This document shows, piece after piece, positions 40,677 to 50,310 of a DNA stretch of 64,000 bases (positions are counted from its first letter, which is position 1; every line of letters begins with the position of its first letter). Source of the stretch: an uncultured Chloroflexia bacterium (GTDB lineage Bacteria > Chloroflexota > Anaerolineae > Anaerolineales > E44-bin32); NCBI GenBank assembly GCA_963777165.1, contig CAVZPO010000027.1, forward strand, positions 22,209-86,208, in the 5' to 3' direction. The position numbers and the translations under genes are program-made. Under the pieces are notes generated by a model, which saw only the letters and a program-made list of their open reading frames with translations, searched no databases and was not told the origin of the DNA.

Positions 40677-41267
40677 ATGATTGAGCCCGCACTCGCTCTG
40701 GTCGAGTTCTCCAGCATTGCCGCCGGGATACAAGCCGCCGATGCGATGGTCAAGCGCGCCCCGATCGACGTGATCAAGGCGGGGACCGTGCACAACGGCA
40801 AGTACCTGGTGCTGATCGGCGGCCTGACAGCGGATGTCGAGGAGTCGCTGGCCGCCGGCCGGCAGGTCGGCGCCGATGCAGTCCTGGATTTCGTCTTCCT
40901 GCCGCACGTGCATCCCGAGGTCGTCGAGACGATCGGCGGAGCGCGTGCGCCGCAGGCCAACGACGCGCTGGGCGTGATCGAGACGACGACGGCGGCCGGC
41001 GCCATTCACGCCGCCGATGCCGGCGTCAAGGCCGCCATGGTCCGCCTGGTCGAGGTGCGCCTGGCCGACGGCCTGGGCGGGAAGGGTATCGTCCTGTTCT
41101 CCGGGCTGGTCGCCGACGTCGAAGCCGCCATTCAGGGCGGCGTGGGCGTCCTCGAACGGCCGGACCTGCTCGTGCGCCAGGTCGTCATCCCGCAGCTGCA
41201 CCCCGGCATGTGGGAGAACGTCGGCGACGCCACACGCTTCGGCCACCGCGTGCTGGGCCACCTATGA
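40677..41267 (+). CDS. BMC shell protein, tandem-domain (BMC-T, PduT-like arrangement)
   Basis: ORF 40677..41267. Two BMC domains: ALALVEFSSIAAGIQAADAMVKRAPIDVI... and ALGVIETTTAAGAIHAADAGVKAAMVRLV... Confidence 0.85.
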   Translation: MIEPALALVEFSSIAAGIQAADAMVKRAPIDVIKAGTVHNGKYLVLIGGLTADVEESLAAGRQVGADAVLDFVFLPHVHPEVVETIGGARAPQANDALGVIETTTAAGAIHAADAGVKAAMVRLVEVRLADGLGGKGIVLFSGLVADVEAAIQGGVGVLERPDLLVRQVVIPQLHPGMWENVGDATRFGHRVLGHL

Positions 41268-41596
41268 AATTCGCCCGCGTGCAAGGCACCGTCGTGGCCA
41301 CCCGCAAGTACGAGGGGCTCGAGGGCGTCAAGTTCCTGGTCGTCCAGCCGCTGGACGAGGATCTGCGACCCGTCGGCGGTCCGCAGATCGCAGCCGACGC
41401 CACGGCCCAGGCCGGGCCGGGGGAGCTGGTCCTCGTCGTCGGCAGCCGCGAAGCGGCGCAGGCCCTGCCCGTGGTGTTCGTCCCGGTCGATCTGGCCATC
41501 ACCGGCATCATCGACGAGGTGGAGGTCGAGCGCGGGCTGCGCCGCACACAGCCGACGGCCGTCTGGCACAGTCCGCCGTCCGAGGACGAGGACTGA
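41264..41596 (+). CDS. BMC vertex protein (BMC-P), copy 2
   Basis: ORF 41210..41596, Met at 41264 (ATGA overlap): MKFARVQGTVVATRKYEGLEGVKFLVVQPLDED...LVLVVGSREA. Confidence 0.9.
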   Translation: MKFARVQGTVVATRKYEGLEGVKFLVVQPLDEDLRPVGGPQIAADATAQAGPGELVLVVGSREAAQALPVVFVPVDLAITGIIDEVEVERGLRRTQPTAVWHSPPSEDED

Positions 41597-41598
41597 CG

Positions 41599-41871
41599 AT
41601 GTACATCGGCAAAGTGATCGGGACGGTTGTTTCGACGATCAAGATCTCGCACCTCGATGGCCGCAAGCTGCTGCTCGTGGATCAGCTCGATCTGCAGGGG
41701 AATGAGACCGGGGCGTACGATATCGCCGTGGACGTCGTCCAGGCCGGGCCGGGCGATACGGTGCTGGTGATCGACGAAGGCAACGGCGCGCGCCAGATCC
41801 TTCAGCTCGACCCGGGGGCGATCCGGGCGGTGATCGTGGGCGTGGTCGACGAGGTGGCGCTGGGGATGTAG
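41599..41871 (+). CDS. BMC vertex protein (BMC-P), copy 3
   Basis: In-frame tail of ORF 41017..41871 from Met at 41599: MYIGKVIGTVVSTIKISHLDGRKLLLVDQLD...[11 protein letters not shown]. Confidence 0.9.
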   Translation: MYIGKVIGTVVSTIKISHLDGRKLLLVDQLDLQGNETGAYDIAVDVVQAGPGDTVLVIDEGNGARQILQLDPGAIRAVIVGVVDEVALGM

Positions 41872-42001
41872 CAGCTAGCGACTAGCGGCTGTCAGCTATC
41901 AGCGGTCAGCAAACAGCCAAAGGGCAAGCGGCAAGTCGCAGGTGGCCTGGAGCTCGCGAGGCGCGAGGTAGGGCCAGGCAAGGAACGGGAGGGGAATCGG
42001 C

Positions 42002-42022
42002 GGGGCCAGCTGAGCTGGCCCC
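42002..42022. terminator. Bidirectional hairpin GGGGCCAGC-TGA-GCTGGCCCC between convergent BMC-P3 and the tpiA fragment
   Basis: Read directly. Perfect 9-bp GC stem. No clear U tract. Confidence 0.45.
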
Positions 42023-42052
42023 GATGGCTTCCGTCGGATCCCCGACTTCGGG

Positions 42053-42151
42053 CTAGCGACTGCCGGACGCCTCGACCGCACGCCTCACCAGGTCGACAAA
42101 GTCGGGCTTGAGGCTCGCTCCCCCCACCAGCGCCCCGTCGATCTCCGGCAT
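42053..42151 (-). pseudogene. tpiA 3' fragment (last ~32 codons only)
   Basis: Own translation: MPEIDGALVGGASLKPDFVDLVRRAVEASGSR*. Homology to the full tpiA at 49068 stops abruptly at 42151. Confidence 0.85.
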
Positions 42152-42284
42152 GGCCCTTTCCCCCAGGCGGTGGGCGATCCGATTCTGCTGAGAAGCTTCC
42201 GTCTTGGGCCGTGATCTGCGGGGCGCGAGGAGGAGGATGGCGCCTCGCTCCGGGAGCGTATCCGCGCGGCATAGCGCGGGCGGG

Positions 42285-43358
42285 TCAGCAGGGATCGCGT
42301 GTGCCGGCGGTGTTTCCCTTTGATCTGCTGTTTCTCAGGTCATAGAAGGTGGCCACGAGCGCATCTAGTTCAAGTCTCGCCGATGCCTCGTAGCGGAGGT
42401 CGATGTGGATTTCGCCAGGCAAATGGATCGAGAGGACCACGTCCCCTTGACCGGCGCCGGCAATCGACAGATGGTCAATCCTCCTCAGAGGCATGTAGGT
42501 CCCACACCCCGCCGTATCTTTCGCGCCCGCCCGGGGAGGGTACCTCCCGGATGGTGATGATCTCGCGGTTTGTGAGGATGATCGCATTCGTCGGGGACAC
42601 CATCCGTCGGTATGTCCGGCCGAATGCGGCTCCGATCTTGACCTGAGATCTCCGGCTGAAGAATCGCCTGCTGGATCTCTTCGTCTCCTGACCAGGCTTC
42701 GCTTTGCATAGTTCATGAACTTGAAGTTGCGTTTCCCCCAGGCATCGAAGGGGTCTTGCCCTCCGGTTCGGGGAACTTTCGACACTTCCGCGACCCGACC
42801 GAATTCTCGTCACAATGGGAGAGAAGAGATACTCGGTCACCGCGTTGAAGCGGACTGGGGTGCGAGCAGGTGCGAGCCCGTCTCCTTCCAGGCCCATGAT
42901 CTCGAGCCGGGCGTCCAGAAGCCTGGAGCTGACTTCGACGCAACTGATCATGGAGATCGAGATAACTGCGCACGTCGATCTTGTGGCCGCGCTTCTCGAG
43001 AATCAGAATCTCGTCGGACGTCGCCCAGACCATCTTCTCGATCTCCCGGTGGAGGAAACCCTCGTAGGAAGGCGCGATAACGACAAGCGGGAATGGCACC
43101 CCCTTCGCTTGCAGAGGTCGGAAGAAGCTGCTATACGCGGCAGGCACGTCGGCATAGGAGGCGATCGACCTCGCCCAAGATCGCTGCGCCTGCTCGAATG
43201 GGGTCAGGCCGACGGGTACTGGACCGCGCTAGGGCGCGTCTGTGATTCCAGATCGATCGCAGGCCTGCGAGGATCCTCGAGGCGCAATGCACAATCCTCC
43301 GCGGAGGGCGAACTCCGCAGACCGTGGCGTCGTGCAGGCACGAAGCGCAGAGCGCCAC
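42285..43358 (-). pseudogene. Hypothetical protein (Cys-rich N-terminus plus PH-like repeats) broken by at least 5 frameshifts
   Basis: Pieces in ORFs 42285..42785, 42475..42951 and 42713..43147 and in the frame of 43131..43760: VALCASCLHDATVCG...; FFRPLQAKGVPFPLVVIAPSYEGFLHREIEKMVWATSDEILILEKRGHKIDV...; VSPTNAIILTNREIITIREV...; RIDHLSIAGAGQGDVVLSIHLPGEIHIDLRYEASARLELDALVATFYDL. Confidence 0.5.
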
Positions 43359-43468
43359 AGGCCTTCGGCCTGCGGGTCTGGCTGGAGGAGTGTTGACTAT
43401 CGGGCAGCCAGTTCCGCCCAGTGGCGCTGACGCCCCCTCGCGAGCGAGGGCCTTGTCCAGCTGTTGGT

Positions 43469-44116
43469 CTACCTCTGGCCGTACTTGCTCTGGTAACGGT
43501 GGTGCAGGGCCGCCACGGCTTCTGCCGGGATCTCGTCGGGGTGACCCAGCTGCAGCGCCAGCCACGAGGTCCGGGCCACATCCTCGACCATCACGGCGGC
43601 CTTGACGGCGTCTTCCGCGGTCGGGCCGAGGGTGAACACGCCGTGGTTCTTGAGCAGGACAGCGCAGGAGGGGCCGATCGAACTCCACGACGACCCGGCC
43701 GATCTCTTCGCCGACCGATGGGCGCGAACCCCCCGCAGGGGATCGGTCCGCCGAACTCATCGGCGTGAGCCGTCAGATAGACCGGGATCGACCGGGCATT
43801 GGCGGCGAAGGCCGTGGCATAGGGGGAATGCGTATGAACAATTCCACCGACGTCCGGACGGTGCCGGTAGATGTAGAGGTGGCTGGCCGTATCCGAGGAG
43901 GGCAGCAAGTCCGAGTCCCGAACTTGTCCCTCGAGATCGACGATCACCATGAGCTCGGGACGAAGGTCCTCATAGCGAACTCCGGACGGTTTGATCACCA
44001 CCAGCCCCGTGGCCGCATCTCGGGCGCTGACGTTGCCGCTCGTCCAGGCGACGAGCCCGTTCCTGGGCAGCTCCTGGTGCAGGCGGAACAGGCTGTCGGC
44101 GCAGGGCTTCAAGCAT
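43469..44116 (-). pseudogene. araD: L-ribulose-5-phosphate 4-epimerase (class II aldolase fold), with at least 3 frameshifts
   Basis: ATG at 44116 (MLEALR). Middle part in ORF 43591..44328: LFRLHQELPRNGLVAWTSGNVSARD...VIKPSGVRYEDL...SSDTASHLYIY...GGIVHTHSPYATAFA. C-terminus in a third frame (own translation ...AEDAVKAAVMVEDVARTSWLALQLGHPDEIPAEAVAALHHRYQSKYGQR*). Confidence 0.75.
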
Positions 44117-45805
44117 GGACGACCTCCGCTCCGGCTGCGCACCTCGGCTCTCCAGCGCTTCAGCCGTTTGAGGACATCATTCTCGCCGCGCCCGAAGTAA
44201 TCGTGCAGTCGCAGATAGTCGCTGTAGATCTCAGTGTAGGCTGCGTGGTGCTGCGGGTCCGGCAAGAAAGCCTCGTCGTTCAACCGAGCCATACGGCTCG
44301 GCCGCGGCGTAGATCGTGTCATATCCACCCAAACGTGCGCCGGCGGCCACGGCGCCGAACATCGCTGATCCCAGGGCAGGCGTCTGTTTCGAAGAGCTGA
44401 CTTGGATAGGCAAGCCGGTGACGTCGGAGAAGATCTGCATCAGCAGCCTGTTCTTCTCCGGCAATCCACCGCAGGCCACGAGCTCATGGATCGGGACGCC
44501 GTTCTGCTGAAACGTCTCAACGATCACTCGTGTGCCGAATGCCGTGGCCTCGATCAAGGCCCGGTAGATCTCCTCGGGCCTGGTGGCGAGGGTCGCGCCG
44601 AGCAGCAGGCCCGCCAGATCCACATCGACCAATACCGAGCGATTGCCGTTCCACCAATCGAGGGCCAGCAGCCCACTTCCCCCGGCGCGAGGGCGGCGGC
44701 CTTCCGTTCGAGCAGGGTGTGGATGTCGATCCCTTCTTCGGCTGCTTCGCGCTCGAGGCAGCGCCGGAACGCAGTTCTCCACGAACCAAGCGAAATGGTC
44801 GCCCACGCATGATTGCCCCGCCTCGTAGCCAAAGAATCCGGGGATGATCCCATCTTCCACGCACCCGCACATGCCCGGCACAAGGTGCTCTTCCTTGCCG
44901 CAGCACCATGTGACAGATGGAGGTGCCCATGATCATGACCATGCGCCCGGCGCTCCGTGACGGTCGTGGCCGGCACGGCGACGTGGGCGTCGACGTTGGC
45001 GATCGCCACCGCCGTGCCAGGCATCAGGCCCGTCCAAGCGGCGGCCTGCTGTGTGAGACCGCCGGCTTTCTCGCCCACAGGCCGAATGTCACGCGACATC
45101 TTCGCTTCTACGACGGTGCCGAACTCGGGGTTCAGGGCGCCGAAGTACGCCGGCGGAGGAAAGCCTTCGCGCTTGGACCACAGCGCCTTGTAGCCGGCCG
45201 TACACGAGTTGCGGGTCTCGGCGCCCGTCAGCTGCCAGACGACCCAGTCTGCCGCCTCGATCAGCCGATCTGCGGCGGCGTAGACCGCGGGCGCTTCGTT
45301 CAAGATCTGCAGGGACTTGGAAAAGAACCACTCCGAGGAGATCTTCCCACCGTAGCGATTGAGCCAGGCTTGCCCCGTCTCCCGGGCCACGCGGTTGATC
45401 TCGTCCGCCTCGGGCTGTGCGGCGTGGTGCTTCCAGAGCTTCACCCAGGCGTGCGGCTCGCCACGCCACTCGGGCAGCGTGCAGAGCGGTGTCCCATCGG
45501 ACGCGAACGGGAAGCATGGTGCAGGCAGTGAAGTCGATCCCCACGCCGATGACGTCGCTGGGGAGACACACCGGCGTCCTGGAGCACCTGCGGGATGGTG
45601 GCCCGAAGCGTGCGAAGGTAGTCCTCCGGGTCCTGCAACGCCCAGTCAGGCGCAAGCGGGAGACCCGTTTCCGGCAAGCGTCTCGTCGATGACCCCGTTC
45701 GAGTAGGGGTACACCGCAGTCGCCACCTCGTGGCCGGTGCCGACATCGACCAAGACGAGCCCTACCGGACTCTGTCCCGAAATCCACACCGATGGCGTAC
45801 TTCAT
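44110..45805 (-). pseudogene. araB: Ribulokinase (FGGY family), with at least 5 frameshifts
   Basis: N-terminus MKYAIGVDFGTESGRA (start at 45805, ORF 45089..45823). Internal pieces in ORFs 44554..45444 (KLWKHHAAQPEADEINRVARETGQAWLNRYGGKISSEWFFSK...) and 44231..44881 (...[48 protein letters not shown]). C-terminus ...[27 protein letters not shown] in ORF 43591..44328. Confidence 0.75.
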
Positions 45806-45847
45806 CCGAGTGCACCTCCACAACCAACTCGAGCGGCAAGCGCCGCG

Positions 45848-46710
45848 CTAACCGGTGGCTCCGCTTCCTGGGTGATGATAGATATCCCAGTCCATGTACT
45901 TTCCAAGACCCTCTTGCAGGATCGAGGCACAGCGCGACGGGTTGATGGCTACATGATGTTCGAAGCCTTGCTCGCAGATGTGCGTCAGCAGATCTCTGCA
46001 AGCTGGTCGATGTGAACGACGCCGTAGCCGCCAAAGGTCCGCAAGGGATCGTTCGTCAGCTGGCCTTCGCCGAAGTAGGCCCGGATGCTGTCCGCGGAGT
46101 GTCATCGGGGGAAACGCGGCAGTAGGTGAAGGGTGTTTCCCGAACGCGACCGACGATGGTCCCATACGTGTTCTCTTTGCCGACCGTGCCGGCGATGATG
46201 GCCTGATAATCCATGGTCGGGATGTCCTCGGGGGCGATCCCTTCCTGGACGAAGATGTCCTTGGGGAGATTGGAGCAGTGGAAGATGACGGCTTTGTCCG
46301 GATCGTCTCCGTAGTTGTTGTTCCAATCCACGATCGCACTGGGCTTCCCCGTCGCCAGGACCATGGCGTACATGCCCACAAGTCCGGCGACGTCCGTCTC
46401 ACACGCGGAGGGCATGAGGTTGTTGCTCATCATGCTCATCAGGGTGCACGGCACGACGCCGTAGAACTCCTCCATCGCCGTCCAGCATTGCAGGGCGGTC
46501 GCCACCACCTCCGTCTCCTGCATCCAGCCCTCGATGGCAACCCCAAGTTTCGCCATTCTGCGTCAGGATCAAGGGTGGCACGCGGCCGGTCGAGACATAA
46601 GCCATAATCTCATCGATCTTGTGTTTGACCGAAGGCTCGCTGTCGCCGAGCTTCAGCGCCCGGCCGAAGATCTCAGAGAGATCGACCGTCTCGACCGAGA
46701 TGCCGGTTGA
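45848..46710 (-). pseudogene. FucI-family sugar isomerase (araA position), 5'-truncated and frameshifted; paralogue of 2509..3927
   Basis: ORFs 46056..46556 (AKLGVAIEGWMQETEVVATALQCWTAMEEFYGVVPCTLMSMMSNNLMPSACETDVAGLVGMYAM...VDWNNNYGDD) and 45848..46402 (...ICEQGFEHHVAINPSRCASILQEGLGKYMDWDIYHH). The first ~260 codons are absent. Confidence 0.7.
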
Positions 46711-47727
46711 CCGCCCGTCAGCGACGGTCTGCAGGTTTGGATCCGAAGCGCGGAAGACGCCTTCCTGCGAGGGCACCCACTTGGGCAGCTCCTCGCCGTT
46801 GGCGGCCTTCAGGGCGGCTTCATACACCTGCGGCGCGAGCAGCGGGTTGCACTCCACCGCCACGTTCACCTCTCCGGCGAGCATCGCCTTGAAGGCGCCC
46901 GCCGTCGCATCGAAGGTCAGGACCATCACGTCCTTGCCCGGAACGAGGCCGGCTTCCCTAAGGGCCTCGATCGCACCCAGGCCCATCTCGTCGTTCTGGG
47001 CAAAGATGCCGTTGACGTCCTTGCTTTCCTTCAGCCAGGCCTCGGTGACGGCCTTGCCTTCGGTAGCGCTCCAGTTACCGGTCTGGCTGTTGGTGATGGT
47101 GATTCCGCATGCGCCCATGCCTTCGCGGAACCCCTGGCCGCGGTCCTTGGCGGCCGACGAACCCACATTCCCGACCAGTTCCCAGACGACCTTGCCGCGT
47201 GCTGCCTTCCAGCAGCTTGCACATCTCCTCGGCGCCCTTGCGGCCTTCCAGCGCGAAGTCGGAGCCGATGTAGGTGGCGTACAGGTCCTCGGGGGCGTCA
47301 ATGCGCCGATCTTCAAGGACGACGATCTTGCCGGCGTCCTTGGCTTCCTTGAGAACATCCTCCCAGCCCGTGGTCTCGAGGGCGGCCAGGATGATCACGT
47401 TCACCTCAGGATCCTGGATGAACTGGCGAAAGCCCGCCACTTGATTGGCCAGGTCGTTCTGCGAGTTGTAGAACTTCAAGGTCAGGCCCAGCTGCGTTGC
47501 GGTCTCCTTGAAGGAGGCTGTATTGGCTGCGCGCCAGCCGCCCTCGGATCCGGTCTGCAGGAAACCCACGACCAGGTCCGAGTACTCGCAGTTTGGTGAG
47601 CACGCCAAGCCGGCGGCTGGTGCCGCAGGGGCTACCGGGGCCTCGGTCGCCGGGGCGCGGGGCGCAAGCGCCCAGGGCGAATGGCGGCAACGAGGAGAAC
47701 AAACGCAATCGTCTTGATGCGGGACAT
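46711..47727 (-). pseudogene. Periplasmic sugar-binding lipoprotein (RbsB/YtfQ-like), frameshifted; its 3' end abuts the truncated isomerase
   Basis: Start MSRIKTIAFVLLVAA at 47727. Pieces in ORFs 47075..48013 (...DLVVGFLQTGSEGGWRAANTASFKETATQLGLTLKFYNSQNDLANQVAGFRQFI...) and 46399..47358 (...VWELVGNVGSSAAKDRGQGFREGM...IFAQNDEMGLGAIEALREAG...). Confidence 0.7.
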
Positions 47728-47922
47728 GTCGATGCTCCTTCTCTCGATGTATTGCCCTTGCGAATTGCGGGCGGAAACGAACGATCCTTTGTCGACTTCG
47801 TGCGGTCTTCGCTGATGAGCCCGTGCTTCGGTCCTCGCGCGCGACGACGGACACGACGAGTGGGCTGGCGGCTCTGGCGATCTTCTCCTCTCCCCTGCGT
47901 AGCCTCCTTTCGTGTTCCTGGT

Positions 47923-48722
47923 CTATGAGGACGGTCGGATGGAGCTCTGTCGGACGACCAGAGTCGGGGACAAGATGACCGGCGTGGGAGCCGGTGCGGC
48001 GGTGCCTGTCCACTGGAATCCGATCATCCGGATCACTTCCTCCACGGCGATCTTTCCCAGTGCATGTTGGTCCTGCTCGATCGTCGTGAGAGGTGGCCAG
48101 TAGTACGCGGACTCGGAAATGTTGTCGAAACCGACAACGCCCAGGTCCCGCGGGATGCTGATACCCCTCTGACAGGCCGCTTGCATGACGCTCAGCGCCA
48201 TCTGGTCGTTGGCGACGAAGACCGCATCCATCGTCGGGTACTGTCTGGAAGAGCCGCTCGATGGCCTCGGCGCCGCTGGCAGAAGACCAGTTCCCCTCGA
48301 CCGAAGCCTTCCGCTTCTGGCTCCAGGCCAGCTTCCCTGAGGGTGTCCTCCCAGGCGGCTTTACGCTGTCGGGCCTCCCACCAATCCAGCGGTCCTGAGA
48401 TGTGGCCGATTTGCCGGTAGCCCTGATCGAGCAAATGGGCGACGGCCAGGCGGGCGCCAGCGTAGTTGTCGATCGAGACCGCCTTGAGGTTCTTGCGAGG
48501 CTCCATCGTCAAGGAGACGATCGGGACCTCTGAATCCAACGTCAGCCGATCGACGAACTCCCGGTTCGCACCGATCTCGGGGATGGCCCAGATGACGCCG
48601 TCGACATGGCGCGAGTGGAGCGTCTGGAAGATCGGCAAGACGTCGTTCGAGTTGAACTGGGGAAGCTCCTTCAGAGAAGCGAGTAGCCCAAACCTCGGCT
48701 GCGCCAGCGATGCCGTCAAGGA
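47923..48722 (-). pseudogene. LacI-family regulator lacking its N-terminal HTH (cut at repeat R2) and frameshifted near 48210
   Basis: ORFs 48192..48719 (...PIVSLTMEPRKNLKAVSIDNYAGARLAVAHLLDQGYRQIGHISGPLDWWEARQR) and 47923..48231 (DAVFVANDQMALSVMQAACQRGISIPRDLGVVGFDNI...). No DNA-binding domain lies upstream. Confidence 0.75.
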
Positions 48723-49166
48723 GGGCGTACGATATCGCCGTGGACGTCGTCCAGGCCGGGCCGGGCGATACGGTGCTGGTGATCGACGAAGGCAACGGCG
48801 CGCGCCAGATCCTTCAGCTCGACCCGGGCGCCATCCGGGCGGTGATCGTCGGCGTGGTCGACGAGGTGGCGCTGGGGATGTAGCAACTCGCAGCTAGCGA
48901 CTAGCGGCTGTCAGCTATCAGCGGTCAGCCAACAGCCAAAGGCAAGCGGCAAGTCGCAGGTGGCCTGGAGCTCGGAGGCGCAGGTAGGGCCAGGCAAGGA
49001 ACGGGAGGGGAATTGGCGGGGCCAGCTGAGCTGGCCCCGATGGTTACCGCGGATCCCCGACGTCGGGCTAGCGATTGCCGGACGCCTCGACCGCACGCCT
49101 CACCAGGTCGACAAAGTCGGGCTTGAGGCTCGCTCCCCCCACCAGCGCCCCGTCGATCTCCGGCAT
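48723..49166 (+). repeat. Direct repeat R2 (444 bp): BMC-P3 3' fragment (~53 codons), terminator region and 3' end of the intact tpiA
   Basis: See R1. The BMC-P fragment reads ...[52 protein letters not shown], identical in protein to 41599..41871. Confidence 0.9.
49018..49038. terminator. Second copy of the GGGGCCAGC-TGA-GCTGGCCCC hairpin
   Basis: Read directly, inside R2. Confidence 0.45.
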
Positions 49167-49847
49167 CGCCATGAACTCGGCGATGTTGTCGGCCGTCACG
49201 CTCCCCCCATACTGGACGCGGACTGCCTGAGCGACCTCCTCACCGAAGCGGTCGGTGATCGGTCCCCGGATCGAGAAGGCGATGACCCGGTTGGCATCCG
49301 CCGGCGTCGCTGCCTTGCCTGTACCGATGGCCCAGATGGGTTCGTAGGCGATCACACTTCGCGCTACCTGAGCGGCGTCAACGCCCTCGAAGGCGCCGGC
49401 GACCTGGCCGCTGACCCAGGCGTGTGTTTCCCCGGCCTCCATCTGCTCCAGGTTCTCCCCGACACACACGATGGGCGTCAGATCCCTGGCGACCGCCGCC
49501 CGCACCTTGCGGTTGATGGCAGTGTCGGTCTCGAGGGCCCCGCCGGCGGCACGGCGCTCGGAATGGCCGAGGATGACGTAGCGGCACACGCCGGCCAGCA
49601 TCGCCGCCGAAATATCTCCCGTATGCGCGCCCTTGTCCTCGAAGTGCATGTTCTGCGCGCCCACGGCAATCGACGTCGCCGCCAGCGCCTCGGCCACCAC
49701 GGCCAGGACCGTGAACGGCGGGCACAGGACGCGATCCGCGCCCTCGATCTCCGAGAGCGGAAACCGGATCCGGCGCACGAACTCAAGGGCTTCGTCCGTG
49801 CGCCCGAGGTTCATCTTCCAATTGGCCGCCAGGACGGGTCGACGCAT
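49068..49847 (-). CDS. tpiA: Triosephosphate isomerase
   Basis: ORF 49068..49880(-). Likely start MRRPVLAANWKMN at 49847. Sequence: ...GAQNMHFEDKGAHTGDISAAML...ILGHSERR...VCVGE...IAYEPIWAIGTGK...YGGSV. Intact. Confidence 0.9.
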   Translation of the reverse strand: MRRPVLAANWKMNLGRTDEALEFVRRIRFPLSEIEGADRVLCPPFTVLAVVAEALAATSIAVGAQNMHFEDKGAHTGDISAAMLAGVCRYVILGHSERRAAGGALETDTAINRKVRAAVARDLTPIVCVGENLEQMEAGETHAWVSGQVAGAFEGVDAAQVARSVIAYEPIWAIGTGKAATPADANRVIAFSIRGPITDRFGEEVAQAVRVQYGGSVTADNIAEFMAMPEIDGALVGGASLKPDFVDLVRRAVEASGNR

Positions 49848-50310
49848 GCTACTTGGACTCATGCCATAGGATGGTGACATTCACAGCGATGCGACTCCTT
49901 CTCAAGTGCGTGCCCTCGATCGGGCCGTGCTCCCGAGGCGGCGAGTTCCGCCGGCAGTCCCCTTCCTTGCGGGAGCGATTGTACCCCTGCCTGTTTGGAA
50001 TCAAGAAGACAGGCTGACACACTTGCCCACGTCCCGCCCACCCTTCCTCCTGCGCGGTGTCCGCCTTGGGCATCGTGTAATCATGTCGCTACCGGAAACA
50101 GCTCGCGGCCAGGTGAGGGAGGACGATCTTGAGCGGGCGTCTCATCCCGGCCTCGCCCGGATCTCGAGGGAGAGTTGAGACGGTGATCCTGGGCTACTCC
50201 TACAAGTCACCGATAATAGACCTTCATTGTCTGGACACGCTTAGGTTCGCGATGTAGAATGACGGACCTTCGCTCAAGAAGCCGATCGGCTGGACGAGGA
50301 TCTACCCGCT

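Larger units (their letters stand above)
41711..42151 (+). repeat. Direct repeat R1 (441 bp): 3' third of BMC-P3, intergenic terminator region and last ~32 codons of tpiA
   Basis: Aligned by eye to 48723-49166. About 10 substitutions and about 4 small indels. The first ~105 and last ~95 nt are identical. Confidence 0.9.
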
